64,000 nucleotides of DNA. It comes from an uncultured bacterium. Its GTDB lineage: Bacteria; Krumholzibacteriota; Krumholzibacteriia; Krumholzibacteriales; Krumholzibacteriaceae. Made by a program: the position numbers and the translations under genes. This document shows, piece after piece, positions 10,901-20,637 of this stretch. Position 1 is the stretch's first letter; every line of letters begins with the position of its first letter. The notes under the pieces were generated by a model. That model was given only the letters and a program-made list of their open reading frames with translations, was not told the DNA's origin and did no database searches. The DNA is taken from the NCBI GenBank assembly GCA_965369375.1, contig CBDUQN010000007.1, forward strand, positions 4,993 to 68,992, written 5' to 3'.

Positions 10901-12523
10901 TCATTCTTCTTTCTTCTCATGCTCCGCATCCGCTTCCTGTTCTTCCTCTTCGCCCCCATCTTCCGTCTCCTGCTCGGCTGCCGGCTCATCCGGAGATTCC
11001 TGTGCCTCGGGCTCCTCCCCGGTCTCCGCCTCGGGCTCCTCCGCGGTCTCCGCTTCGGGCTCCTCCGCGGTCTCCGCTTCCGACGTGGGTTCGTCGCCTC
11101 CCTCGCCCGCAGGCGCCTTCTCTTCGAGATCTTTGAACAGCTCCTCTTCAGTCAGCGATACTTCTTCCTTCTTCTTCTCCTCCTCCTCGGGACCGAATAC
11201 AGCATCGTCAAACAGCGTTTTCGCCTCGGCCGCCTCTTCCTCGAGTTCTTTGGCAAGGAGCTCTTCGAGCGCTTTTCCGAGTTCATCCGTTGTCTCGGCA
11301 GCGGTGGCTTTCAGCTTCTCCGCGGTCTTCGCACCGATGCCCTCGATCTCGAGAAGCTCATCAATGATTGTCTTGTGAAGCTTCTGCACGGTAAGGATGC
11401 CTATGCCCTTTAGTTTCGCCGAAAGCTTCGAACTTACACCGTACATTTCAGAAATATCCATTTGAAGTTTCTGCTCCAGCTTATCCCTTCTCTCCGCTTC
11501 CTTGGCGGTCATGAGATCGATCTTCCACCCGGACAGCTTCGATGCCAACCGGACGTTCTGCCCTTCCTTGCCGATTGCGAGGGAAAGCTGATCCTCCTCC
11601 ACAATGGCGAGCACCTCTCCCGCCGCTTCATTGAAGCGAAGTGACGAGACTTTCGCCGGGGCCAGCGCCCGCGAGACGAATTCTCCCAGTGTTTCGCTCC
11701 AGTTGACGATGTCGATTTTCTCGCCGTGCAGTTCGTTGACAACGGCTTGCACGCGCGACCCCTTCATGCCGACACATGAACCGACGGCATCCACCTTTTC
11801 GCTGCGCGAGTTCACGGCTATCTTGGAACGTCCGCCGGGTTCGCGGGCCACTATCTTTATTTCGACGTCACCGTCGAAAATCTCAGGAACTTCCTGCTCG
11901 AAGAGCTTGCGCAAGAAAAATTCGCTCGTTCTCGAAAGAATTATCTGGGGACCCTTCGCATCCTTGTCGACTTCGATAATGACGGCTCTGATCGTATCCC
12001 CCTGATTGTAACGTTCTTTGCGAATCTGCTCTCTAATCGGAAGGTATGCTTCCGCTCTCCCGAGGTTCACAAGAACGTTTCCGCGGTCTACCTGCCGCAC
12101 CGTTCCGTTGACAATGACGCCGACCTTGTCCTTGTAATCCTCGAATATCCTTTCACGCTCTGCCTCGCGAACCCGCTGCATCAGAACCTGCTTCGCGGTT
12201 TGGACCGCGTTGCGTCCGAACTCCTCCAGCGGCAGCGCCTGCCGCACCTCACCCCCCACCTTGGCTTTCTCGTCGATATTCTTCGCCTGCTCGAGCGTTA
12301 CTTCGAGCGTGTCATCGGCGACCTCTTTGACGACCTTCAATATCCGATAGACTTCCGGCTCACCCTCGGATTCATCGAGAACGATCTCGATTTCGGCGTT
12401 CGGTCCGAACTTGCGCTTCGCGGCGGATATGAGACTGAATTTGATCGTTTCGATCAGCGTGTTTTTATCCACTCTCTTTTCACGAATTATCTGCGAAAAC
12501 GCTTCGACAAATCCTATGTTCAT
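10901..12523 (-). CDS. nusA: transcription termination/antitermination factor NusA with long acidic C-terminal extension
   Basis: 540-aa ORF with the NusA N-terminal, S1 and KH domains, followed by a Glu/Ala/Pro-rich tail of roughly 130 aa. Confidence 0.9.
   Translation of the reverse strand: MNIGFVEAFSQIIREKRVDKNTLIETIKFSLISAAKRKFGPNAEIEIVLDESEGEPEVYRILKVVKEVADDTLEVTLEQAKNIDEKAKVGGEVRQALPLEEFGRNAVQTAKQVLMQRVREAERERIFEDYKDKVGVIVNGTVRQVDRGNVLVNLGRAEAYLPIREQIRKERYNQGDTIRAVIIEVDKDAKGPQIILSRTSEFFLRKLFEQEVPEIFDGDVEIKIVAREPGGRSKIAVNSRSEKVDAVGSCVGMKGSRVQAVVNELHGEKIDIVNWSETLGEFVSRALAPAKVSSLRFNEAAGEVLAIVEEDQLSLAIGKEGQNVRLASKLSGWKIDLMTAKEAERRDKLEQKLQMDISEMYGVSSKLSAKLKGIGILTVQKLHKTIIDELLEIEGIGAKTAEKLKATAAETTDELGKALEELLAKELEEEAAEAKTLFDDAVFGPEEEEKKKEEVSLTEEELFKDLEEKAPAGEGGDEPTSEAETAEEPEAETAEEPEAETGEEPEAQESPDEPAAEQETEDGGEEEEQEADAEHEKKEE
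11006..11077 (-). repeat. 3 x 24-bp in-frame tandem repeat inside the nusA 3' end, encoding (AETAEEPE)n
   Basis: Three consecutive near-identical 24-nt units read directly from the sequence (ctcgggctcctccscggtctccgc, then the same unit twice more with 1-2 mismatches). Confidence 0.8.
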
Positions 12524-12592
12524 TGCATTCGCTCCTCGTCAGATACGATACGGATTCTATTCCAGACCACCATGTCTGTCAAAAACTTTCAC

Positions 12593-13096
12593 TTACGTTC
12601 CCTTATTCCTCGCTTTTTTCTTGGCGGGTTTTTTGCTCTGGATATCCCACCGTTCGCCGTGAAGGTTGGCTTTGATAATGCTCTCCACATCGATCACTCT
12701 CTGTTCCCCATCGACGCTCAATGTCACGCTCTCGTTATTCGAATCGACGATTTCACCAATCACGGTATTCTTGCCGTTGCCGGCGACATTGTACTCTACT
12801 CTCGCATTCTTTCCCGTGAACCGCTTGAAGTGCTTCGACTTCATCAGCGGTCTGTTGATACCGGGCGACGATACCTCGAGATTGTAAGAACCCGGAAACT
12901 GTTCCTCACTTTCGAGAACAAAACCGACAGCCTTCGATACCTGAACGCAATCCTCGATGGTCACGCTTCGTTCAGGATGGTCGATATAGATTCTCAGCAG
13001 TTTCTTTCTGCCCCGCGGTATTGTTTCGAGTTTGATCAACTCGTATCCGAGCAGATCAACCTCATCGGTGACGAGTTCCTCAAGGGACCTTTCCAT
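12593..13096 (-). CDS. rimP: ribosome maturation factor RimP
   Basis: 167-aa ORF with RimP N- and C-domain pattern; first gene of the rimP-nusA-infB operon. Confidence 0.85.
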   Translation of the reverse strand: MERSLEELVTDEVDLLGYELIKLETIPRGRKKLLRIYIDHPERSVTIEDCVQVSKAVGFVLESEEQFPGSYNLEVSSPGINRPLMKSKHFKRFTGKNARVEYNVAGNGKNTVIGEIVDSNNESVTLSVDGEQRVIDVESIIKANLHGERWDIQSKKPAKKKARNKGT

Positions 13097-13133
13097 ACTG
13101 TAACCTCAACCTGGTCTTTCATGGATTGGTATT

Positions 13134-13160
13134 AAAAGCAAAACGGGGCGACCCCGCCCC
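13134..13160 (-). terminator. rho-independent terminator downstream of the M28 peptidase gene
   Basis: Minus-strand GC hairpin GGGGCG-GGGU-CGCCCC followed by GUUUUGCUUUU; about 60 nt after the stop codon at 13222 and before the rimP promoter region. Confidence 0.7.
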
Positions 13161-13221
13161 AAACTTCCACTAATACCTAGCTCAAATTGCGATGGAAATC
13201 AAGAAAAATCTTCGGCGCACG

Positions 13222-14100
13222 TCACCGTTTGTTCCACAGGTACTCGACGAGCACCGTTCCGACCGCTTCGAGGCTTTGGGGCGAGCATTTGTCCGGCGTG
13301 TCATCCAGCGTGTGCCAGGGCGGGTAATCAAAATCGATCAGCAGTATCGCGGGGATACCCTTCTGAATGAAGGGGAGATGGTCGTCGATGAGGGACGGCC
13401 CCGAGCCATGCGAGAATGCCGCCACCCCGAGCCTCTCGGCAATCGAGAAGATCTCTTCGTTGAGCGCTCCGGAGGCGGCTTCCGAATAACCTTCCGGCTT
13501 GATCACGACGTCGCGTTCACCGATCATATCTGCGATGATAACCGCGCTCGGCCCATACCCCTTCAGGTTGTTGGCGAAATATGTCGAGCCGAGGATGTAA
13601 TCCCGCGGAATCCCTTCCCGGCCGTAATCCTCTCCGTCGAACAGGACTATATCGACGCCAATGGGCGGGAGCGAGGCATGGCACAATCGCGCGATCTCCA
13701 GGAGCACCGCCACGCCGCTCGCTCCATCGTTCGCTCCGAGGATCGGCATGTCTCTCTTTTCGGGATCTGGATCCCGATCGGCACGGGGTCTCGTATCGTA
13801 ATGAGCGCCGAGAAGCACCCTGCTGCCGGCATCGAGGTTGAAGTTCCCGATGATATTGATCAGGTGAAGCGTATCACCCGTCGTCAATACCGCATCGAAT
13901 GGTTGCAGGGAGACGTTCGCCCCATACTCCTTTAGTTCTTCCACGAGGTATCGCTGGAGCTCCCGATGGCCTCTGGAGCCGGGGTAGCGCGGGCCGATAT
14001 CGCACTGCTCGACGAGGAAGCGGTAGGCGGAATCGCCGTCGAACGGCGGCGCGCTTTCGCCTGCGCAGCCCCACAGGAGCACAAGAGGCGCGAGGATCAA
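13222..14100 (-). CDS. M28 family zinc peptidase / glutaminyl-cyclase-like lipoprotein
   Basis: 292-aa ORF with M28 metal-ligand motifs (LLGAHYDTRP, GANDGASGVAVLLE, FDGEDYG, WHTLDDT) and a lipoprotein signal peptide (LLWGCAG lipobox). Apparent TTG start at 14098-14100 with no in-frame ATG upstream. Confidence 0.7.
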   Translation of the reverse strand: MILAPLVLLWGCAGESAPPFDGDSAYRFLVEQCDIGPRYPGSRGHRELQRYLVEELKEYGANVSLQPFDAVLTTGDTLHLINIIGNFNLDAGSRVLLGAHYDTRPRADRDPDPEKRDMPILGANDGASGVAVLLEIARLCHASLPPIGVDIVLFDGEDYGREGIPRDYILGSTYFANNLKGYGPSAVIIADMIGERDVVIKPEGYSEAASGALNEEIFSIAERLGVAAFSHGSGPSLIDDHLPFIQKGIPAILLIDFDYPPWHTLDDTPDKCSPQSLEAVGTVLVEYLWNKR

Positions 14101-14142
14101 CAGAATTGCGTGTTTTCCGGTAATGAGACCTTCCAGTCTTCG

Positions 14143-17100
14143 TTAAAAGGTAAACTCGGCGGTAACGTGAAGGCCGAGCGAATGATTGATCCACCCCGTT
14201 TGCCCCGCCACAGATCTCACGTAACTCATCGAAACCGTTCCACTGATCTTATTGCTAAATCGGTATGAGGCACGCGGAGTTACCGAAAGTACGTTGTCCG
14301 ATTTCCGCTGATTGTATTTCGAGCTGGAATTGTATGAGATGCCGAGGTCGGCCGTCAACGTGCTTTTGAACTTGATCTTCTTGCGGCCGAGAAACGGAAG
14401 AGGAATCCCGAATCCTTTCGTTCCCGAGAAGTTGTATTTCATGTTGAACGTCACGCCCCAGCCTTTCGACCAGATCTCCTGCATGTTGTCAATCGTGACG
14501 TTTCGCTTGTAACTTACACCGACATTCGTCGTCAGGTCGTTTTTCCATACAAAATTCCAGTTGGGACTGAGCAAATATGATGTTACATCTCTTCTGATGT
14601 CCGATGATGTCTTCTTCTCGAAACTTACCTTCAGATCGCTCTGCTTGATGAATGATTTCAGAAATCTGGAATTCTCCATCCCGCCCCAGCTCAGGTTAAG
14701 GCTCGGCCAGGTTACCCGTTCCGTCCTCGTCACCGTGCCGCCATGGTTACTCTTGGCAATGACATAATTGAATCTGACATCGAGATCTATCCTCGGAGCC
14801 AATTCTATTCCCGAGCGAAGATCGAAGACCAGATTATCATTCTCGCGCTCGGGATTGTTCTCCACCTCTTTTGATCTGCCAAGCACGCCGCTCTTGCTTG
14901 ACAGGCCGAACTGATACGCAAAACCGGCGCGCTCGTAGAGACGCTGATAGCTGCTCCGGCGGGTGTGATTGATGTTGGATTTCAGCGGCTCGATGCGGCC
15001 CATCAATCTGAACAGCTTTTTGAAAATTTTCAGAGGGTCGGTTTTCGAGGCAGCCGTGGTATCCGACTCTGCCTGCTGTTGCTCATCCGGCTCTTTATCC
15101 TTCTCGGTAGGCACATCCACCTGCTGTTTCGTGACACCGAGATCGCTCGGCTTAGTTTCCCCTCTTGGTTCGGATTTCTCCTCCCTCTCAGGCGGCGTCG
15201 GCGGAGGCTGCTGCTGCGGCTGGATCTGATTGGGATCGTATCCGGGCAGCAGCTGGGGCTCCGTCATGCTGGTAGGTACAGGAGCTTTGAACTCAGATGG
15301 CCGGCTTTCCCTGAGCCGCCTCTCGCGATCCTCCCTGGTCTCCATTGTTGTGGAACGAGTTGCACCTGACGACCGCCTGCTGCTCGAACCGCGGGGTAGG
15401 ATATGCAGGAACTCCCCGAGCATGAGGGAATAGTCGCCGATGTCGACATCGAACACAAAGCTCATATCCCGCTGGGCGTTGACATTTCTCGTGCCGAACG
15501 GGTCGCCCTCCTGCCGTATGTTCGGACGCAGATCCTCATTGTACCGGCTCGTATAGTCGATTCTCGGCCTGAACTGAGACAGGATGAAGAAGTTGCCTCG
15601 CGGGCTGAAGTTCAATCTCAGGCTGTGATTGAAGGATGTCTGTACGCCGACGGGTATCCCGAGAATATAATGGTCTATGCTCCTGTCTCTGTGCTCTTTC
15701 ATATCGAGCTCTATCTTGATCGATTGAAAAGGCTCGTACAGTGTCGATACGGAATTGTCGAGACCGGAGCCGTACCCTACGGGGCGCTTTATGAACTCGT
15801 CCCCGGTAAGCGAATGTGTATGCCGCACCTGTCGGGAGGCGGAACTGACGAGACTGAAGTTCGACAGCCAGTACCGCCACTTTATCCCCTTGAAGAGACC
15901 GAGCTCGCGCCCTCTTCTGAAACTGATCCGATAGTTCAGATTGCCGCTGTGCGTTACCGTCGTATCTCTCGTGGTCGGAGAGTATATTTTCTTCTTCGAA
16001 TAGCTATAGCTCATCTTCAGGTTGTCGAAAACGGTCTTCATAAGGAAATTCCTCGAACCTCTCCTGCTCAAAGAAATGTTGTAGGAGTGGGAATTGTTAA
16101 CCGATTTCTGGCTCTCCCGAATAGCCTCGTCCGCTATTTCGACATCGCTGCGCGGAACATACTTCGGAAGTGCCGTCGAGCTATTTACTCTCGCGGAGAA
16201 CGGCAGCTCAAAGCCGAGCGTCGGAATAAAGTGATCGATCCTTGACTTCGCGGAAAATGCCATGGCGTTGTTCGTGACACCGCTCCCCTGCGACTGACGG
16301 AGCGAGCGGAACTCCGGCCCTGTACGCTGCCACTGCCCGCTGAGCTGTATCACATTCGCCAGGTTCGCCGAGAGGCTCACCCGTTCGGCATGATCAATGT
16401 CCCTGCGCACGCCTCCTAGCTTGATATCGTTGAACCACAGCCACCCGTTGTCGATTAATCTCCCGCTCGTGTTTCTCAATCCGAGATAGAGGTTTCGAAC
16501 CTCGAAAAGGGTCGGGTTGCCCCTGACCTTCGCCGTGTAGCTCCTGTCCGGATTGACGACATCTTGAATAGTGGCCGTGACGATCTCCTCGTCACTCTCG
16601 ACTAATTTAAGATTTGTCAGATCCCCCAGATTGATGGACACGGAAATCCACCTGCCGCTCATTTCATTCGTGATGGGAATGGCAAGCTCGTAGTAGCTCA
16701 CGCTGTCGTAGGCGATCTGGAAGTAGAAATCGCACCCGGCGAGATTGCCCGACCAGTCGGGATAAATGAACAAGTGGAGCTCGCGGTACTGCTGGTAACT
16801 CTGACCCTGGCCGAAGAATCGTTTTACCGCCCTGAACGAGGTCGAATCGGCGAATTTCTCGACGGAGACGATGAGTGATTGCTCTCTGTTCTCTAGGCCC
16901 TCTTCCGTTCCGACGGGATAGGGCGGCCTGTACTGGGGATGATCCTTGTTGTTGATAACTCCGATCGTGATTTTCTGGTTCGGATGAGTCTTATCGAGAC
17001 TATCGGGAGGTATCTCGTCGTTGAGATCCCTTATCCCGTTGTACTCCCATTTGTTCCCGACGATCTTGAGTCCCGCGATTTCGATCCTATGTCCCTCCGA

Positions 17101-20100
17101 TCCGACCAATGAGTCGAATCCCGAGACCCACAATCTCATCTGCTGTATTGCATCCCACCGGGGCTCGCCCCCCATATCGGAGACGAGAAAATCGGAGACA
17201 TGAGACAGGTCGAGGCGGTACATCCTCCACGCTTTCGACCTGTTGATCTCCCTTTCCGCGTAATATTCTGGATAGTCCGTTTCCGGGTATTGCTCCCTGA
17301 CATCGACCAGCGCGGTATCGCCGAGCCTCAGCTCGAGCGCATAGTAGGCGTTTGATTCGTCGAGACGTCCGTTCTTGTTGAGGTCCTCCGAATCGTGAAT
17401 CCCGTTGAGGATTCGGCTGTTGATCCCCCTGTATACCTGTCTCGTTTCGTCCCATGTCGCTTCGTTGAGAATCCCTGGGTATGGATCCCTGTATAATTTC
17501 TCGTCCACGGCACCCACGAATCCCGAGTCCTCGTCGGCGGTCCAGGTATATGGCGGTTTGTCTTCATCGTTGAATGCATCGAGCTCGGGCTCGAAAAAGT
17601 CCTCGTCGATCTTTCCGATATCGATATGAAGGACGCCACCCCGCCGGGCGGGATCGATCTGGTAATCATTTACCCAGATCTCGAGGTATTGCGTGGTTGT
17701 GAGATCGAGCCCCCCGGGGAAACCGGTCATGACGCCGGCCCACTGATCGTCTCTCGCTACATCCGGATTGTGCACCTTGATAAAGAGGGATGTGATGTTC
17801 GAATTCTCCCTCGTATCGAGGCTGGGATTGAGATCCCAGCGGGTCGTCACCCATTTGTCGAGCTGATCCGTCCTGCTCGGATTGAACCAGTTAAAATCCG
17901 GTACGTCATCCACCGAGGTGCCGAGCGGCTCGAGGGTGACGGGATCGAGGGGCGGGCTCGCTTCGAACCAATTTCTCCGCACGAGGCTGATCGCATCGCT
18001 GTCCTCGACACCTTCCATATCATCGATGAAGGCCTCTCCCTTCACATTCGGGTTGGGAATGCTCATGGCCATCTCGGCGCTTATATTGAGGCTGCTCTGA
18101 TCGTCGGTGTCGACTCTCGGGAGTATATTGGCGATCGATGTCATCCATCGGGGGTTGAAGGTGAAGTTACCGTTGATATCGGCCGCCATATTCCTGCCCG
18201 GTTCCTCGCCGAGGCGGGGACTGTACTTCGGCGATCCGGTGGAGTTGTAGAGATACGTCAAGTTGAGCCGTGAATGCTTGGAAAGGTCGATGTTGGCCCC
18301 GACACCGAGCAGCGAGCTCTTTCCGCCGCCGATAATCGGCACGTGCTGGTAGTCGATCGACACCCTCGCATCGGGGCGCGCCTGGAGCTCGGCGAGCACC
18401 TCCCCCTTGAGCGTCACCGTCCCCGACATGTAATCGATGTCGTAATCGGCGCCTCGCGAGAGCTTGACACCATCAATTGTTATCGCCTCGCTCCCCTCGA
18501 TAATATCGAATGCGGCGAGCTGAAAGGTTCGCTGACCGCTCGACGCCTCGACAACGACATCGTAGAGGTGACTCTCGTTCTTGAGCGAGGGGGTGAGCAC
18601 CTTGTTGTAGATGGCATTATTCCTCTCCAGGGTAGCGTCATCGAAATCCGATTCGCCCGGATCGTCGGGATTTATGAACGGTTCGGCGACATAGAACTTA
18701 TTCGCGTCGACCATGACCTCGTAGGGGACATCGAAGGGCTCGAACCAGGGAAGCATAATATAGCCGTCTGCGAGGTTGAGAATCCCCGGAACGTTATCCA
18801 CCTCATCATCCCTGGCCGCCGCCCCAGTGCGGTCGTAGCGGTCGAGGCCGAAGAGCCGCAGGTAGAGTATATTCGACTCGGTATGTATATGGTTGTTATC
18901 CTCGTTCACGTTCCGCTCGATGCGAACGCGGAACGGCGCGTCGGGATCTATCCTCCCCGAGCCGAGTGAATAGATGTTTCTCATCATCATCTTCCAGGTG
19001 GACGGATAGGGAGAAACGGTGCTGTCGGCGCCGAAGTCTTCATAGGGGGGGCATATCAATTCGGCTGTCAGTGTGTCGGTCTCTGAAGCCGAAAATTCCC
19101 TGTAATCTCCAACAACGTACTTCGCGGCCGTCCCGACATCCTCCGACTTGTACCGGACGACGAGCGCCCGGCCATCGGCGAGTGTCTGAAAAAGCCGCAT
19201 TCCGATGTACCGCGTGACCCCTTCGGATGAATACTCCTGGATCAGCTCGAAATCCTCTTCGATATCGAGCTTCCTGAACCTTCCCCTAAACGAATTCTCC
19301 GATTCGTCGATCTCCTTGTTATCGGGAACCGGATACGCCCTCATAAAGTACTCCGCCTCGCCGGTCTGGCCGTACTCATGGGGTTTGAGAGAGATAAATA
19401 CCTCCATCTCGTCATTATCCGCGCCTCCGACGACAGGATAGATCCTCCGGAAGTTGTTGGACGGATCGTCGAAGGCATCCTTGAAATTATCGCCCGGCGT
19501 TTCGAAGAAGAAGAACTGACGTTTGATGAAGCCGTAATCGGCCACTTTCCAGCTGCTCGTCTGACCGCCCGTCGCGGTGAATGTCCCCGTCGCCGTCTCC
19601 CCCTCCTCTTTGCTCGCGATGACGGTAAGCTCCATGGGACCGACCTGCGCCACGGTCTTGATGCCGAAGAGACCCTTGGCCGTTCCCGAGTAACTTATCA
19701 GCTGCGCCCCTCTCAGCGTGAGGTCCGTATCGCCCATCTCGATCAGCTTGATGATCTCGTCGTCGAAACCGATGTAGTTCATCCGGACACGGTTGGTCGA
19801 ACCGATTCCCGTTCCCTGGCTCGAGTGGCTGATCTCGACGTTTATCTTTTCACCGATATTGCCGTGCAGGTCTACCGAGAGCCTTTGTTGCATGTCGAGA
19901 TCGGGAAACTTGTTCTGCTGAGGCCGCCCCTCGGTCTGCGGACAGTTCGCGCACCAGTTCGACTTGCCGCCGATCGTAATGCTCTCTCGGCCCTGAACGG
20001 TGAGGTTGGTCGCCTTGCCGCTTCCGATGATTCGCTCCAACTGTTTCGGTAACGGTATCGGAATGTCGATCGACAGCAGTCCCTTGCCCGCCTTGCCCTT

Positions 20101-20637
20101 CCGTTCCCGTTGCAGGCTGTACTTGATGTCTTCGATCCAGATCTCTCTGTTGCTCTTCTCCCTGACCCTTCTTACGTACTCGTCGAGCGTAATAAGCTCG
20201 ATTTCCATTCCCTCGAGAGCCATATCACGCGGGTTGTAGTAGTAGAAAGCGTCCCGTCTCTCCTCGTTGCGCGAAAACCGGTACCCCGCCGGCACGCGGA
20301 ACGTGTAGACATACTCCGAGAGAAGATCGAATTCGACTACTTTCTTCCTGAAATCGAATGTGCCGCCGAGGAAGTTCGGATAGATGCTCAATCCCCCGAG
20401 CACGATGTACCGCGCGGGCGGTTCTCCCTTCTCGGCGATGTAGTAACGGATTGAGAGTTTCTCGGACATATCTCGAAGATCTATGCCGAGATCCGTGTTG
20501 AGCGTATCGGTTTGGGACCAGAGGGGAAACGGAAGGAACAATACAAGGAACAATACGAGGATGATCGCAAAATAAATCGACCGTCGTGAAATCGACCCCG
20601 CCCGCTCTCTGATGCAAGCCTTTACTAACAACGCCAT
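14143..20637 (-). CDS. sprA: giant outer-membrane beta-barrel protein, SprA/Sov-like (putative T9SS translocon)
   Basis: 2164-aa single ORF with an N-terminal signal peptide (predicted cleavage LWS|QTD) and a C-terminal aromatic residue (TAEFTF) typical of OM beta-barrels. Size and architecture match SprA. T9SS C-terminal-domain cargo genes occur elsewhere in the window. A Pro/Gln/Glu-rich disordered insert of roughly 130 aa lies near the C-terminal third. Confidence 0.5.
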   Translation of the reverse strand: MALLVKACIRERAGSISRRSIYFAIILVLFLVLFLPFPLWSQTDTLNTDLGIDLRDMSEKLSIRYYIAEKGEPPARYIVLGGLSIYPNFLGGTFDFRKKVVEFDLLSEYVYTFRVPAGYRFSRNEERRDAFYYYNPRDMALEGMEIELITLDEYVRRVREKSNREIWIEDIKYSLQRERKGKAGKGLLSIDIPIPLPKQLERIIGSGKATNLTVQGRESITIGGKSNWCANCPQTEGRPQQNKFPDLDMQQRLSVDLHGNIGEKINVEISHSSQGTGIGSTNRVRMNYIGFDDEIIKLIEMGDTDLTLRGAQLISYSGTAKGLFGIKTVAQVGPMELTVIASKEEGETATGTFTATGGQTSSWKVADYGFIKRQFFFFETPGDNFKDAFDDPSNNFRRIYPVVGGADNDEMEVFISLKPHEYGQTGEAEYFMRAYPVPDNKEIDESENSFRGRFRKLDIEEDFELIQEYSSEGVTRYIGMRLFQTLADGRALVVRYKSEDVGTAAKYVVGDYREFSASETDTLTAELICPPYEDFGADSTVSPYPSTWKMMMRNIYSLGSGRIDPDAPFRVRIERNVNEDNNHIHTESNILYLRLFGLDRYDRTGAAARDDEVDNVPGILNLADGYIMLPWFEPFDVPYEVMVDANKFYVAEPFINPDDPGESDFDDATLERNNAIYNKVLTPSLKNESHLYDVVVEASSGQRTFQLAAFDIIEGSEAITIDGVKLSRGADYDIDYMSGTVTLKGEVLAELQARPDARVSIDYQHVPIIGGGKSSLLGVGANIDLSKHSRLNLTYLYNSTGSPKYSPRLGEEPGRNMAADINGNFTFNPRWMTSIANILPRVDTDDQSSLNISAEMAMSIPNPNVKGEAFIDDMEGVEDSDAISLVRRNWFEASPPLDPVTLEPLGTSVDDVPDFNWFNPSRTDQLDKWVTTRWDLNPSLDTRENSNITSLFIKVHNPDVARDDQWAGVMTGFPGGLDLTTTQYLEIWVNDYQIDPARRGGVLHIDIGKIDEDFFEPELDAFNDEDKPPYTWTADEDSGFVGAVDEKLYRDPYPGILNEATWDETRQVYRGINSRILNGIHDSEDLNKNGRLDESNAYYALELRLGDTALVDVREQYPETDYPEYYAEREINRSKAWRMYRLDLSHVSDFLVSDMGGEPRWDAIQQMRLWVSGFDSLVGSEGHRIEIAGLKIVGNKWEYNGIRDLNDEIPPDSLDKTHPNQKITIGVINNKDHPQYRPPYPVGTEEGLENREQSLIVSVEKFADSTSFRAVKRFFGQGQSYQQYRELHLFIYPDWSGNLAGCDFYFQIAYDSVSYYELAIPITNEMSGRWISVSINLGDLTNLKLVESDEEIVTATIQDVVNPDRSYTAKVRGNPTLFEVRNLYLGLRNTSGRLIDNGWLWFNDIKLGGVRRDIDHAERVSLSANLANVIQLSGQWQRTGPEFRSLRQSQGSGVTNNAMAFSAKSRIDHFIPTLGFELPFSARVNSSTALPKYVPRSDVEIADEAIRESQKSVNNSHSYNISLSRRGSRNFLMKTVFDNLKMSYSYSKKKIYSPTTRDTTVTHSGNLNYRISFRRGRELGLFKGIKWRYWLSNFSLVSSASRQVRHTHSLTGDEFIKRPVGYGSGLDNSVSTLYEPFQSIKIELDMKEHRDRSIDHYILGIPVGVQTSFNHSLRLNFSPRGNFFILSQFRPRIDYTSRYNEDLRPNIRQEGDPFGTRNVNAQRDMSFVFDVDIGDYSLMLGEFLHILPRGSSSRRSSGATRSTTMETREDRERRLRESRPSEFKAPVPTSMTEPQLLPGYDPNQIQPQQQPPPTPPEREEKSEPRGETKPSDLGVTKQQVDVPTEKDKEPDEQQQAESDTTAASKTDPLKIFKKLFRLMGRIEPLKSNINHTRRSSYQRLYERAGFAYQFGLSSKSGVLGRSKEVENNPERENDNLVFDLRSGIELAPRIDLDVRFNYVIAKSNHGGTVTRTERVTWPSLNLSWGGMENSRFLKSFIKQSDLKVSFEKKTSSDIRRDVTSYLLSPNWNFVWKNDLTTNVGVSYKRNVTIDNMQEIWSKGWGVTFNMKYNFSGTKGFGIPLPFLGRKKIKFKSTLTADLGISYNSSSKYNQRKSDNVLSVTPRASYRFSNKISGTVSMSYVRSVAGQTGWINHSLGLHVTAEFTF

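Noticed and set aside
15403-20052. Several 200-280 aa plus-strand ORFs inside the SprA-like gene (15403-16245, 17626-18273, 18274-18969, 19378-20052)
   Set aside because: All lie antisense to one continuous 6.5-kb ORF. Their composition is Arg/Gly/Asp-rich without domain signatures, and they have no Shine-Dalgarno sequences. They are artefacts of GC-rich coding DNA.
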